Numbered from the whole stretch's first letter, positions 41,470 to 52,447 are shown. The stretch: DNA of 63,930 nt, filler included, from an uncultured Ignavibacteriales bacterium (GCA_964611355.1; 5 parts of 5 records of this genome joined end to end with filler, not necessarily neighbours in it); one strand, 5' to 3'. Made by a program: numbers and translations. The notes: generated by a model from the letters alone, not told the origin.

Positions 41470-42159
41470 ATGAATAGAGAAACTGAGGCGGTCGGTATGG
41501 CGGATATCAACAAACTGGAGGCCGGGCTCGATGTGAGCCTCATGGCTATAACGCCCAATGCCGAGGACGTTATCGAGAGGGCCTGCCGTACATGCTACCT
41601 GTCGTTTGACCGTTATGATCCTCCGACGTCGACCGAAGAGTTAATCAAAAAAATAATTCGCAAGAAACACCATTCGGTTCTTGAACATGCGTTGGCTACG
41701 TTTCGGATAAAGGGGGGATCGCGGGTCTTTACGCATGAGATGGTTCGTCACCGGTTGATGTCACCGTCTCAGGAGTCTCAAAGATACGTGCAGTATGGCC
41801 GGACTCGTGATTTCGACGTGGTCGTGCCGCCGACGATTAAAAACGGCCTTTTTTACGAGCGGTACCTGACGATGGCGGCGGAAGCGGAAAGGCTATATGC
41901 CGAGATGGTAGATGCCGATATTCCGAAAGAGGACGCAAGGTATATTCTGCCCAACGGGACGACTTCGGAGATCGTTATTTCGGCCAATATGCGTGAGTAT
42001 CGCCATATTTTTACGGTCCGCTGTCATCCGCGCGCTCACTGGGAGATAAGGATGATCTGCCTTGAGATGCTGCGGATTCTTAAGCGCGAGGTCCCAATAG
42101 TATTTTGGGATTTTGAAATTGACGAAGAAAACAACTGCATTAAGATCATGGAAGAATAG
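41470..42159 (+). CDS. thyX: FAD-dependent thymidylate synthase
   Basis: HHSVLEH, RHRLMSPSQESQRY, EDARYILP, AHWEIR. Confidence 0.96.
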   Translation: MNRETEAVGMADINKLEAGLDVSLMAITPNAEDVIERACRTCYLSFDRYDPPTSTEELIKKIIRKKHHSVLEHALATFRIKGGSRVFTHEMVRHRLMSPSQESQRYVQYGRTRDFDVVVPPTIKNGLFYERYLTMAAEAERLYAEMVDADIPKEDARYILPNGTTSEIVISANMREYRHIFTVRCHPRAHWEIRMICLEMLRILKREVPIVFWDFEIDEENNCIKIMEE

Positions 42160-42174
42160 CATCGGAGGAAATGG

Positions 42175-44463
42175 ATGGACAATATCTCGATAAAAAAGCC
42201 GGTTTTGACCGAAAACGCCATGAAGGTACTGGAAAGGCGTTATCTGACGAAAGACAGCAAGGGGAAAGTCATTGAAACGCCGGAAGGGTTGTTCCGCCGG
42301 GTGGCCAGGACGATTGCCGCTCCGGATCAGGCCTTTGGCGCTGCTCCCGAAGAAGTCAAGGCTACCGAAGATATATTTTATGATATGATGGCGGGTCTCG
42401 ATTTCATGCCGAATTCGCCGACTTTGATGAACGCCGGTCGTCCGCTTGGACAACTGTCAGCCTGTTTCGTGCTGCCTGTTGACGACACCATGGATTCGAT
42501 TTTTACGGCCGTAAAAAACACCGCTTTGATTCATAAATCGGGGGGCGGTACCGGATTTGCATTTTCGCGGCTGCGGCCGAAGAATTCGGTGGTCGCTTCC
42601 ACTTCAGGGGTTGCCTCGGGCCCGATATCATTTATGAAGGTGATTAACGCCGCCACCGAGGCGGTCAAACAGGGCGGTACCCGGCGCGGCGCCAACATGG
42701 GCGTCCTCCGGGTAGATCATCCCGATATTATCGATTTTATCACCTGCAAGGATGATCTCAGCGAGTTGACCAATTTCAATATTTCCGTGGCCGTTACCGA
42801 TGCCTTTATGAGGGCGGTCGAAAGCGATGAATATTACGACCTGATCGATCCCCGCACCGAGCAACCGTATGTTAAGGACGGCGCCGTGGTGCGCCTTAAA
42901 GCCAGGGAGGTGTTTGACCAGGTTGTTGAACACGCTCACGCCACCGGCGAACCGGGGCTGATGTTTATCGACCGGATGAATGAAGGCAACCCGGTTAAAA
43001 AGGTCGGCCTTTACGAATCAACCAACCCGTGCGGCGAACAGCCGCTTTTGCCGTATGAGAGTTGTAATCTCGGTTCGATAAATCTTTCCGCGATGCTTAA
43101 AGCGGTTGTTGACCCGGATAATACTCATTCGATGTACCGCTATGAGATTGACTGGGATAAGCTGGATAAAACCGTCGAAGATGCCGTTCATTTTCTGGAT
43201 AATGTTATCGAGGCCAACCGGTATCCGCTGCCGGAAATCGACGCCAACACCAAGAGTAATCGTAAAATCGGCCTGGGCGTTATGGGTTGGGCGGACATGT
43301 TGATAATGATGGGTATCCGTTACAACTCCCGGCAGGCTTATGATCTGGCTGACAAGGTAATGACCCGTATCATGGATGTCGGGCACGCGGCTTCAATGAA
43401 CCTGGCCGAAAAACGCGGCCATTTCCCGCACTGGGAGAAATCGGAGTTTTATCAGGACGGGAACGGTCCGAAAATACGCAACTCAACCATAACCACCATC
43501 GCGCCGACCGGGACGATTTCGATCATTGCCGGATGTTCATCAAGTATCGAACCGCTTTTCGCCGTCAGTTACGTCCGCAATGTTATGGACAAGACCAAGC
43601 TGGTTGAAGTCAATCCTTATTTTGAGACGGTTGCCCGGGAACAGGGTTTCTATTCGCAGGAACTGATGGAACGTATCGCGGAAGTCGGCTCGATACAGGA
43701 GTTCGATGAAATCCCTGATGACGTCAAAGAGGTATTCATTACTTCGCATGATATTGCTCCGGAGGATCATGTCAGGATGCAGGCGGTCTGGCAGAAGTAT
43801 ACCGACAACGCCGTTTCCAAGACGATCAACCTGTCGTACGAAGCAAGCGTCCGGGATATCCGCGCCGCCTATCTGTCGGCCTTTAAGCTGGGCTGCAAGG
43901 GAGTGACGGTTTATCGAGACGGCTGCCGCTCCGAACAGGTCCTTTCGACCGGTAATACAACCTCATCCGACCGGGCCGGTAAAGAGAAAAACAGCGGGGA
44001 AAGCGCATCGCCGGTAAAAATCAAGGATCGGCCGGAATATCTGCATGGGATTACCGTCAAGATCAAAACCGGATACGGCAATCTGTATGTAACCGTAAAT
44101 ACCATGGACGGTAAACCGTTTGAGGTCTTTGCCCAGATCGGCAAATCGGGGTATTCTACCATGGCCGATACCGAGGCGATCTGCCGGATGGTGTCGCTGG
44201 CGCTTCGTTCCGGAATACCGGTCGGCAACATTGTCAACCAACTCAAGGGTATCGGCGGATCATCGCCGGTTTTCGGAAACGGGGGACTTATTTCATCGAT
44301 CCCCGATGCCATCGCCATTGTTCTGCATAAATATTTTGGCAACGGCGAAAAAATACAGAATGATCTCGACATGACTATTGAGTTCTGTCCTGATTGCGGG
44401 GCCCGAGTCGAGCATGAATCCGGCTGTATCGTTTGCCGCAGTTGCGGATTCTCCAAATGTTAG
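42175..44463 (+). CDS. nrdJ: Class II (B12-dependent) ribonucleotide reductase
   Basis: PNSPTLMNAG, LSACFVL, TNPCGEQPL, APTGTIS; TSCPD-like domain and CPDC...CRSC ribbon. Confidence 0.96.
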   Translation: MDNISIKKPVLTENAMKVLERRYLTKDSKGKVIETPEGLFRRVARTIAAPDQAFGAAPEEVKATEDIFYDMMAGLDFMPNSPTLMNAGRPLGQLSACFVLPVDDTMDSIFTAVKNTALIHKSGGGTGFAFSRLRPKNSVVASTSGVASGPISFMKVINAATEAVKQGGTRRGANMGVLRVDHPDIIDFITCKDDLSELTNFNISVAVTDAFMRAVESDEYYDLIDPRTEQPYVKDGAVVRLKAREVFDQVVEHAHATGEPGLMFIDRMNEGNPVKKVGLYESTNPCGEQPLLPYESCNLGSINLSAMLKAVVDPDNTHSMYRYEIDWDKLDKTVEDAVHFLDNVIEANRYPLPEIDANTKSNRKIGLGVMGWADMLIMMGIRYNSRQAYDLADKVMTRIMDVGHAASMNLAEKRGHFPHWEKSEFYQDGNGPKIRNSTITTIAPTGTISIIAGCSSSIEPLFAVSYVRNVMDKTKLVEVNPYFETVAREQGFYSQELMERIAEVGSIQEFDEIPDDVKEVFITSHDIAPEDHVRMQAVWQKYTDNAVSKTINLSYEASVRDIRAAYLSAFKLGCKGVTVYRDGCRSEQVLSTGNTTSSDRAGKEKNSGESASPVKIKDRPEYLHGITVKIKTGYGNLYVTVNTMDGKPFEVFAQIGKSGYSTMADTEAICRMVSLALRSGIPVGNIVNQLKGIGGSSPVFGNGGLISSIPDAIAIVLHKYFGNGEKIQNDLDMTIEFCPDCGARVEHESGCIVCRSCGFSKC

Positions 44464-44526
44464 GATAGCCTTTGGTCGGGAAGGCTAAAAAGGCGGCCTT
44501 TCCGTCGTCGGGCCGTACGAGGGATT

Positions 44527-45150
44527 ATGGCGGAGCAGTTTATCCCGGCCGGGAGGACGTCAACGGTTGAAAAGGGGGGGGTTGAATACCAGCTCCAGAC
44601 GGAATACGCCCGTCATCCCCGTTGCCGTGTTACCACCACCATTTCTACACAGGGGCGGGTTCTTCATAAAATAGAGAGGTCTATCGAGTCCGAGGTAAAC
44701 AGCCTTGAGAGGATGCACGAGGTAGAGGACATTATCAGGGCCCAGCATCTGGAAGTATCGAAAATCGTGGCTGAAAAAGGGCTGTCGGGCCATGGCGGAA
44801 AGACCCTGAAACGATCTGAGGGAAAAATAAGATCGTCGAAGATCCTGCAACTGGAGGAAGTAGAACGGGTCTATTTAGTGACGCCGGAGGGCAAACTGAT
44901 CGGGGACAGGGAAACCACCCGGCAGTTCAGGAAAATGTTCAGGCACGTCTTAAAGGGACTTCCCCAGATACTTGAGGTCTTCGCGGCTCTTCCGGGAGCA
45001 GACGGTCAACGGGAAGAAGGCATCTATGAAGTGGAACCCGGCCGGATACTTCTGGCCTCAACCGGCGCAGAGTTTTACCTGATCCTGCTGAAACCAAAAA
45101 CCGATTACCTGATTATCGCCCCAAAAATTAAACCGATTCTGGCAGGATAA
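44527..45150 (+). CDS. Hypothetical protein
   Basis: 207 aa with GAGG RBS; no motif I can assign. Confidence 0.75.
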   Translation: MAEQFIPAGRTSTVEKGGVEYQLQTEYARHPRCRVTTTISTQGRVLHKIERSIESEVNSLERMHEVEDIIRAQHLEVSKIVAEKGLSGHGGKTLKRSEGKIRSSKILQLEEVERVYLVTPEGKLIGDRETTRQFRKMFRHVLKGLPQILEVFAALPGADGQREEGIYEVEPGRILLASTGAEFYLILLKPKTDYLIIAPKIKPILAG

Positions 45151-45154
45151 GAAA

Positions 45155-45332
45155 AGAGAGAGACCTAATTTGAAAAAGCTCCCGTTTTGACACGGTAAAG
45201 GGTTTTTACAGCCACCCAGGTATTTTGCTTTCGCTATCACTCGCTCGCGAGTGGGTCACGGCGTACGCTCAACCGAACAGGGACAACCTTCATTAGCTAA
45301 GTGTTAGAGGTTTTTCAAATATGTCTCTCTCT
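45155..45332 (-). ncRNA. Candidate ~180-nt structured RNA (6S-like size); MITE is the alternative
   Basis: Ends pair over ~25 bp; internal helices; minus-strand promoter TTGCCA-16-TAGATT just upstream. Confidence 0.55.
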
Positions 45333-45459
45333 CACTTTCAATCTACGATGTAAAAATCTTTTGGCAACTAATATTTTTAATTAAAAAAATTCCGCTTTCA
45401 AAGAAAGGGAAAGCCTGTTATAATATATGATTATACGCGAGATGTTCAACGGCAGGGTC

Positions 45460-45837
45460 ATGGTATATTCAGTCGGGATTGATCTGATCGAGATAAGCCG
45501 TATTCGAAATGGATATAAGCGGTTTGGCGACCGGTACCTGAATCGTTTCTTTTCAACCGATGAAATTGATCTGATAAGGTCAAAGAACCCGGGCGCGGTA
45601 ACGACCATGGCCGGGAAATTCGCCGCTAAGGAAGCGGTTATGAAATCTTTGGGCATCTTTTTCGACAGCGGCGTGACTTTTCGCGATATTGAAATTCTCA
45701 GCCGGACATCGGGAATGCCATATGTAAGGCTGCCGGAGAGATTGCAAAGAAACATTGAAGGCAAAAGGGTTCTTATTTCCATTTCTCACGAAAAAAAATT
45801 CGCACTGGCGACGGCTATAATCACTGACGAGGCATAA
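45460..45837 (+). CDS. acpS: Holo-ACP synthase
   Basis: GIDLIEISRI, AGKFAAKEA, ISISHE. Confidence 0.95.
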   Translation: MVYSVGIDLIEISRIRNGYKRFGDRYLNRFFSTDEIDLIRSKNPGAVTTMAGKFAAKEAVMKSLGIFFDSGVTFRDIEILSRTSGMPYVRLPERLQRNIEGKRVLISISHEKKFALATAIITDEA

Positions 45838-46121
45838 ATGACCGGTAATGAAGTAATGAAGCTGTTTTATGATTGCGGGGCGATGCTCAAAGGCCATTTT
45901 CTTTTAACCTCGGGGCGGCACAGCGACGTCTATTTCGAGAAATTTACGCTTCTGCGCCAGCCGCCTTATGTCGAAAAACTATGCTCGGCGATGGCTGATA
46001 TTTTCAGGGACGACCGGGTTGAACTGGTGGTCGGTCCGACAACCGGCGGCGTCCTGATAGCCTATGAAGTCGCCAAAAAACTGGGGACCGATTCGATCTA
46101 CGCCGAGCCGGGCGAAGACGG
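45838..46121 (+). CDS. pyrE: Orotate phosphoribosyltransferase, truncated at contig end
   Basis: GHFLLTSGRHS, VVGPTTGG. Confidence 0.92.
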
Positions 46122-46221
46122 NNNNNNNNNNNNNNNNNNNNNNNNNNNNNNNNNNNNNNNNNNNNTTAATTAATTAANNNNNNNNNNNNNNNNNNNNNNN
46201 NNNNNNNNNNNNNNNNNNNNN
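46122..46221. other. Artificial contig linker
   Basis: 44 N + TTAATTAATTAA + 44 N. Confidence 0.99.
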
Positions 46222-46749
46222 GCGAAGCTTTATCATCAACCAGGCGGCAACGGTTCCTTCAACCGCTCCAAGCACGGCTCCGCCAAGGACATCAAGCGGA
46301 AAATGAACGCCGACGAATATCCTTGATATTCCCACCAGGAAACCGAAGCCGAGCAGGTGGATCATATATTTCCGATATAGTAAACCGAAAAAAAAGGCCT
46401 GTCCGAAAAGGTTGGCGGCGTGCGAAGATGGAAAAGCGTATCCCGACCCGCAACCGACCAGAAGATGCACCTGCATTACCTTGCAGGGGCGCAGCCGTTC
46501 AAAAAACGGCTTCAGCCAGGTGCTGGAACTCTGATCGGTCAGAGCCACAACTACGACCGAAAAAACAACCACCCAGATAAACCGTTTTCGGCCAAAATAC
46601 AGAAGGCAGACAAGAGCAAGACCATAAATAATTCGCAGGAAGTAATCATTAGTGATTAGCGGCATGAAAAAATCCGTCGCCGGATTGGCGAGGCTGATAT
46701 TTATAAACAGGAAGATGGTTCGGTCGATTCCAAGTAACCATTCAAGCAT
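46222..46749 (-). CDS. PAP2-family phosphatase, 3' end in gap
   Basis: KPFFERLRP, FPSSH, SRIFVGVHFPLD. Confidence 0.93.
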
Positions 46750-47677
46750 AAAACGACCTGTGGGTTTTCATGAATTTAATAGTCTGCCGGTACGACGGTA
46801 TTCCGTCACGCGCTCCGGGCCGGCGGCATTTCAACGCCGCCGCCGCGGATGCGAATTTCAGCTTTTTCGCCATATTCCAGCCTTTATGGATGCCGAAAAG
46901 ATAAGCGCCGTGAAAGACGTCTCCTGCGCCGGTGGCGTCAACAGCTCTGATTTTGAACGCTTTCTGTTTGATCTTATGGCCTTCAGCATCTATTCCCAAC
47001 GAGCCTTTTGTTCCCGAAGAAACGACGACTTCGGAGATGCCGATTTTCTTGAAACCGCGCACCGCCTTTTCAACGGACCGGGTTTTGAAATAATGAAGAG
47101 CGTACTGGTCGGCGCAGACAAGGTAATCGAGAAACGGAAAAAGACTGTCAACCCGGTTACGCACCGAACCGATATCGAGCATCACTTTTGCGCCGACATT
47201 CTTGCCCCAGCGGGCCAGTTTGAGACAGGCGCCGACGTAACGGCCGTCAAGATGAATCAGTTTTGGGATCGGCAGGTTATTCAGCTTAATATCGGATGGC
47301 TTGATAAACAGCCGGGGACTCAAATCAAGCACAATTGTCCGGTTGGCCGATCTCATTTCGACCCAGGCAAACGCCAGCGCGCTGGCGCAGTTCTTGCGGA
47401 TAATACAATGGCGGTGATCGACGCCGAATCGATCCAGTTCCCGGCGGGCGAATTTCCCCCAGTCGTCGTCACCGAAGGCGGCGATAAGCGAGGCCTTTCC
47501 GCCTAATCCGGAAAAAGTACACAGCGCAGTCGGCACCGGGCCGCCCCCGGCAATAAGGTTACTGCCGTGTACGCCGTCGATTTTCCTGCCGCACACGGGA
47601 TATTTTTCGACCGAAACGAAAAAATCGACCGGGGCTATTCCCAGACCAAGCAGATCAGTCGTTTTTCCGGATGTCAA
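46742..47677 (-). CDS. PfkB-family carbohydrate kinase
   Basis: GGGPVPTA, DATGAGDVFHG. Confidence 0.92.
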   Translation of the reverse strand: MTSGKTTDLLGLGIAPVDFFVSVEKYPVCGRKIDGVHGSNLIAGGGPVPTALCTFSGLGGKASLIAAFGDDDWGKFARRELDRFGVDHRHCIIRKNCASALAFAWVEMRSANRTIVLDLSPRLFIKPSDIKLNNLPIPKLIHLDGRYVGACLKLARWGKNVGAKVMLDIGSVRNRVDSLFPFLDYLVCADQYALHYFKTRSVEKAVRGFKKIGISEVVVSSGTKGSLGIDAEGHKIKQKAFKIRAVDATGAGDVFHGAYLFGIHKGWNMAKKLKFASAAAALKCRRPGARDGIPSYRQTIKFMKTHRSFYA

Positions 47678-48275
47678 TCCGTCCTCCTGTCATCTCCGTC
47701 AGCCGCGATATAAAAAATTCCGTTTCTGATTTTCGTACGGCCACTTCGAGTGAGACCTGGTCGGCAAAATCCTGCGATATGACCTGATGGTTGCCGGAGC
47801 TGATTATTTGCCTTAACCGATCATAATGCGAAAAGGAAATGGAAAAACGCAAGTGGTCATAAATAAATCGCTCAACGATATCGGCCTTATCCAGCATTTC
47901 GGTCGCAGCGCGCGAATAAGCCCTGGCCAGTCCGCCGGTGCCAAGTTTGGTGCCGCCGAAATAACGAACGACAATGACAATTATATTTTTAAGCCTTCGG
48001 CCGACGATAGCCTGGTAAATCGGTTTTCCGGCCGTCCCGGACGGTTCGCCGTCATCGCTGTATTTGAAATCTTCTTTTTCCAATCCGACCACCCGGGCAA
48101 AACAGTAATGAGTGGCGGCGTATTCCTTTTTTCGGATTTCTTCCAGAATCTCCGTGGCGGCCTTTGCATCGTCAACCGGGTAACCGTGAGCGATGAATCG
48201 GGAGCCTTTGATTTTTATTTCATGGGAGCAGTGCAATCCGAGAGTGAGGTAACTGTCGATAATCTCTTTGGACAT
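47655..48275 (-). CDS. yigZ: IMPACT/YigZ family protein
   Basis: KGSRFI, SDDGEPSGTAG, RYFGGTKLGTGGL. Confidence 0.93.
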   Translation of the reverse strand: MSKEIIDSYLTLGLHCSHEIKIKGSRFIAHGYPVDDAKAATEILEEIRKKEYAATHYCFARVVGLEKEDFKYSDDGEPSGTAGKPIYQAIVGRRLKNIIVIVVRYFGGTKLGTGGLARAYSRAATEMLDKADIVERFIYDHLRFSISFSHYDRLRQIISSGNHQVISQDFADQVSLEVAVRKSETEFFISRLTEMTGGRIDIRKND

Positions 48276-48285
48276 GGCGGCCCTT

Positions 48286-49173
48286 TCAGATCAGCGACTT
48301 GACGATCATTTTGTACTCATTGATATGGGTCAGCGGGATAGCGCCATACTCGGCCAGTTTCTCGTAATGAGTGTTGTTTTTCCCGATGACGGTGAAAAGA
48401 AGTTTGCCCAGTTGATGACAGCAGAGAGCGGCATCAAGGGTGCCGACCGAATCGGGAGAAACCTCACCGATAATGACCGCCTGCGAAAGCCCGACAATCA
48501 GGCGATTGCGGCTCATCAAGCGTCCGGCGCTGGCCGGAGTGTCGGGAAGGTATTCGCTTATAAGTCCTCCCTTTTCGACGATTTCCCGGCAAAGCGTTTC
48601 GTTTTCCGACGGGTGGATATGATTAAAGCCGGACGGCAGGACAGCGTAGGTGATGCCGTCGGCTTTCAAGGCTCCCATATGACCGGCGGTGTCAATTCCC
48701 CGGGCCAGCCCGCCAACAATTGCGATCCCTTCCTTCGACAATCGCCGCGCCAACTCCACCGCATCGCCTATTCCTTCAGCCGAAACATCCTGTGAGCCGA
48801 TTATCGCTGCCTGTTTCTCATCGTTGGCGGGAAGCCTGCCTTTGTAATAAAGAAGCGGCGGAGGATCGTTGAGCTGGCGAAGGATTTCCGGATAGTCTTC
48901 GTCAAGACAGGTGGTTACCTCGGCATCATAGGCTTCGAGATGATCGATCGATGTCTGCGCCTGATCCAGACGGGTATCGGCCTCGAAAATCGCTTTCGAC
49001 CGGCTGGGGCCGATGCCGTCAACTTCCATAAGCTCTTCTTCTTCGGCCAGCAGGATATTGTCAACCGTTTTGAAATGCGACATGAGCGTTTCGAAGGTGC
49101 GCGGGCCGACATGCCCGGTCATCCTCAGCGACAGGATCTTGCCCGCCAGCGAATATTTGCTCAGGTCAAGCAT
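48286..49173 (-). CDS. dprA: DNA-processing protein DprA
   Basis: YPEILRQLNDPPPLLY, GGLARGID, RNRLIVGLS. Confidence 0.92.
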   Translation of the reverse strand: MLDLSKYSLAGKILSLRMTGHVGPRTFETLMSHFKTVDNILLAEEEELMEVDGIGPSRSKAIFEADTRLDQAQTSIDHLEAYDAEVTTCLDEDYPEILRQLNDPPPLLYYKGRLPANDEKQAAIIGSQDVSAEGIGDAVELARRLSKEGIAIVGGLARGIDTAGHMGALKADGITYAVLPSGFNHIHPSENETLCREIVEKGGLISEYLPDTPASAGRLMSRNRLIVGLSQAVIIGEVSPDSVGTLDAALCCHQLGKLLFTVIGKNNTHYEKLAEYGAIPLTHINEYKMIVKSLI

Positions 49174-49306
49174 AGATTCAATCTACAACAGTCGCTTTTC
49201 TGCCGCAACAGGCAAAAGCCTGATTTTGATTCTGCGACGAAACATATAATCCAATCTCAAGAAATTAGATTATTGCCGGATAATTAAATATCCGTATATT
49301 AAGACT

Positions 49307-50167
49307 ATGCGAGCGGTTCCGTTTATTATTGCAGTCTTATTATCTCTTTCCCTTTTAATGAACTGCGGAAATGATGATCTGATTTTTGAAGAGAAGTTGG
49401 TGCGGCTGCGTAAGCTGGTAGAAGAAGAAAAACTCCACGAGGCCGAAAAAGAGATAAGAACGCTTATAAAACAGCAGCCGACCGATTCGACGCTGCTCTA
49501 CATGGCCGGCAGGGTTTACCTTGAACTGAATCAGGCCGATACGGCCGTATCATACGCGAAAAAGCTGACCGATCTTTACCCCAGGCATCTGGAGGGGTAT
49601 CACTTGTTGTATGAAGCCGCCGGGCGAATCGGCGATTATGAATCTCAACTGTGGGCGACAAGTCAACTGGGATACTTCGTCAATGACCGGAGAGCGTATT
49701 ATTACGAAATCGCCGAACTCAATTTCAAACTGGAAAACTACGGTATAACGATAAAAACCTGTCATGATATTCTGGAATATGATCCCGGCAATACGAAGGT
49801 TCTTTTTCTTCTGGCTAACGCTCTGGCAGGAGCCGGTCAACCGGACAGCGCCATTATGATAATGGAGCGTCTCGACCGGAAATACCCGGACAATATTGAA
49901 ATCCTTTCCAACCTTGGTACCTTTCTAACTTCGGTTCGAAAGTATGAAGAAGCGGAGATTTCTTTTCGAAAGCTGGTGCGTTCCAATCCCGATTATATCG
50001 CCGGCTGGTTGGGGCTGGGAAATGTATTGCTCAGCCGGGCTGATACAAGCGGAGCCATAAAAGCCTACCGCGAAGTGTTTGCCCGCGATTCCACTTTTTT
50101 GGGGATAGATTCGATTCTAAGTAAGCTTGATTCGGCCATGGCGAAAGATTCCACAGAGTTTGAATAA
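49307..50167 (+). CDS. TPR-repeat lipoprotein
   Basis: LLMNC lipobox; TPR pattern. Confidence 0.85.
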   Translation: MRAVPFIIAVLLSLSLLMNCGNDDLIFEEKLVRLRKLVEEEKLHEAEKEIRTLIKQQPTDSTLLYMAGRVYLELNQADTAVSYAKKLTDLYPRHLEGYHLLYEAAGRIGDYESQLWATSQLGYFVNDRRAYYYEIAELNFKLENYGITIKTCHDILEYDPGNTKVLFLLANALAGAGQPDSAIMIMERLDRKYPDNIEILSNLGTFLTSVRKYEEAEISFRKLVRSNPDYIAGWLGLGNVLLSRADTSGAIKAYREVFARDSTFLGIDSILSKLDSAMAKDSTEFE

Positions 50168-50277
50168 TAATCATATAGGTGTATAAGGCTTACCGCAGTA
50201 TTGTGAAATAATTACGAATGGATTAAATTTATTAGCACAGCTTTATCGAATCAGAATCTACTAAGAGGGTATTTACT

Positions 50278-50895
50278 ATGCGAATAAAGACATATCTGCT
50301 AATGGCCGCTATCCTAATCGTAACGCAAATGTTATCCTGCACGTGGGCCAGAACGAGAGAGTTTTTATTGGACGAGGTATCAAAGTCGAAAGAAATAGAT
50401 GGTTGGTCGTTCAAACCTGTGTTAATGGCGTATTGGCATAAAATCAAAAAAGGAATACCACCCGGCCAGGAAAATGTTTTTCCCTTTGAGATACATGCAA
50501 TGCACCCTAGGCCGAAGGAAGCGGATTCGATCTATGGGATTGACGTTGATACGGTGTTTATGACATGCATCGAAACGGACCAGAAGCATATTTGGTATAG
50601 ATATTCGTCTTTTTATGTTGGCTCCAACGAGTCCAGATTAAAAAATTGGTTTACCTTTATCAGCCTTACCAGCGGCGCTGCTATTTTCATTCCGCGTGAA
50701 GTTGATACAGTGCTTCTGGAGTTTGATGCCAAATTTTATAAGGGTATTTGCAAGGAATACCCATTAGAAGGTTATGATTCTTTTATGGTTGACACAATCG
50801 CCGTTGACACAACGGCTCCTCATACCTATAAGAAACGCATAAAGTTAAGACTCATCCGCAATGAAGGAAAAACGTTGATTCCTTCCTTTATATAA
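50278..50895 (+). CDS. Hypothetical lipoprotein
   Basis: GAGG RBS; MLSC lipobox; AT-rich. Confidence 0.7.
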   Translation: MRIKTYLLMAAILIVTQMLSCTWARTREFLLDEVSKSKEIDGWSFKPVLMAYWHKIKKGIPPGQENVFPFEIHAMHPRPKEADSIYGIDVDTVFMTCIETDQKHIWYRYSSFYVGSNESRLKNWFTFISLTSGAAIFIPREVDTVLLEFDAKFYKGICKEYPLEGYDSFMVDTIAVDTTAPHTYKKRIKLRLIRNEGKTLIPSFI

Positions 50896-51059
50896 GCTGG
50901 CGGATTAAATATCACGTCAGGGCTTTTTATTTTCCCGGATAATCCATCCGTTGGGGGCACAACACCGCCCACGCAAATAAAAACCCGGCAGGAAAAGATT
51001 TCCGACCGGGCCGTGCTCTATATATTGCCTGATTGACTCAGGCAGTCAGGTGAGGCGTC

Positions 51060-52124
51060 CTAAAAGGTTTCGTTCGCTGAAATAACCGGTATGCGGTAGC
51101 CAATGCGCCACCGTCCGGCGAAGTAACCGCCCTTGTAGCAATTGCCTCTGCGGTAGTGTCCCTTAAGAAGACCTATAGGCTCGCTGTCGGCGTTGTAAAT
51201 CCTGCCCCAGAAACGACCGCCGTAAGCAAGGTTGCTGAGAGTAGGATGGCTGGAATAGAATCCCTTGACGAATCCCTGGAATTTGCCGGTAACGTCAATC
51301 CATTTGCCGACAAAAACCTGGCGGCCGTTTTCATCAATGCCCCACTGGCCTTTGATCGTGCCCATGATACGTCCGGCGGCGCTGATCCACTTGCCGTAGA
51401 AGACGCCCTGGCCGTTTTCGTTACGAAACCAGCGACCGGCCAGCGAACCATGCAGCTTGGAAGTCGGATCAAAACGGGCCGCCTGGAAGGAGATAGCATT
51501 GCCGAAACCGATGGTGATAAGCGTATCAAGCTCTTCCAGCTCACCCATGGTGAACGATATGGTGAGTTGTTCCGATTCGTAAGTCACCGTGACAACTTCG
51601 TCCGTGACGGACGGTGGAATAAACAGCTTGGAGGCGATGCCATCGTAATGGCATGAAGTCTGGGAAACCCACCTCAACTCTTCCGGAACATAGTACCCCT
51701 CTTCATTGTATCGAGGCAGAAGATAATCCTGCCCCGGTTCAAACCGGATCAGGTGGGTAACGACAATAGCCCCCCGGTTGATAGTGAGCTTACCCGACCA
51801 GTCGGTTAACTCGGTAACGCCGCTGTCGCGTTCCAGATTGCCCCAGACCATCCGGAGACAGAAAATATCGGGCCGCTCGGCGCATTCAACGCTGTCCACG
51901 ATAGGAGACAGGGCAACAGGGTCGTTGTATTCCTCTTCTTCCTCCGCCGAAGCCACCTCTTCCACGTCGGGATCGCCAAAATACGGGTCCTCATCGGTGG
52001 CCTTATAAGCGCCGAAATCCTCGAGGTCAGCGTCGATATCCGCCGGATCGGTGGACGAGGAGCATCCTCCGATTACCAGGCTGAGCACCGCAAGGATTCC
52101 GAAAATCAGCAGAATATTTCTCAT
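51060..52124 (-). CDS. Hypothetical lipoprotein with Gly/aromatic repeats
   Basis: Start moved to MRNILL (AAGGGAG RBS); IGGC lipobox; repeated GxxxGxW/Y. Confidence 0.82.
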   Translation of the reverse strand: MRNILLIFGILAVLSLVIGGCSSSTDPADIDADLEDFGAYKATDEDPYFGDPDVEEVASAEEEEEYNDPVALSPIVDSVECAERPDIFCLRMVWGNLERDSGVTELTDWSGKLTINRGAIVVTHLIRFEPGQDYLLPRYNEEGYYVPEELRWVSQTSCHYDGIASKLFIPPSVTDEVVTVTYESEQLTISFTMGELEELDTLITIGFGNAISFQAARFDPTSKLHGSLAGRWFRNENGQGVFYGKWISAAGRIMGTIKGQWGIDENGRQVFVGKWIDVTGKFQGFVKGFYSSHPTLSNLAYGGRFWGRIYNADSEPIGLLKGHYRRGNCYKGGYFAGRWRIGYRIPVISANETF

Positions 52125-52447
52125 TTCATCTTCTCCCTTATTGAAGGTTAGCCTTTTTTCTCTTGCTTTACTCATTTATTTATCAAACAATATGCCGGAT
52201 CGAAAAAAAGGATACAGTCGCTTGTACGACAACGAGTTGCAAAAGCGCAGCCCGGGCAGAAATAAGGAATGCGTACCATCAGGTACATTTGATGTATCCG
52301 GTTGAACCATGTGGAGCATATCAGGGCGGTTGCCAGCGGCCTTTTATTCAATATTCAGTTTAGCATTGAACATTAAAAGCGCGGCATGAGATATTAAATT
52401 AATGGGATTCGTTTCAGTGAGTATTGGTCATAAGGAGGCGAAGAGAG

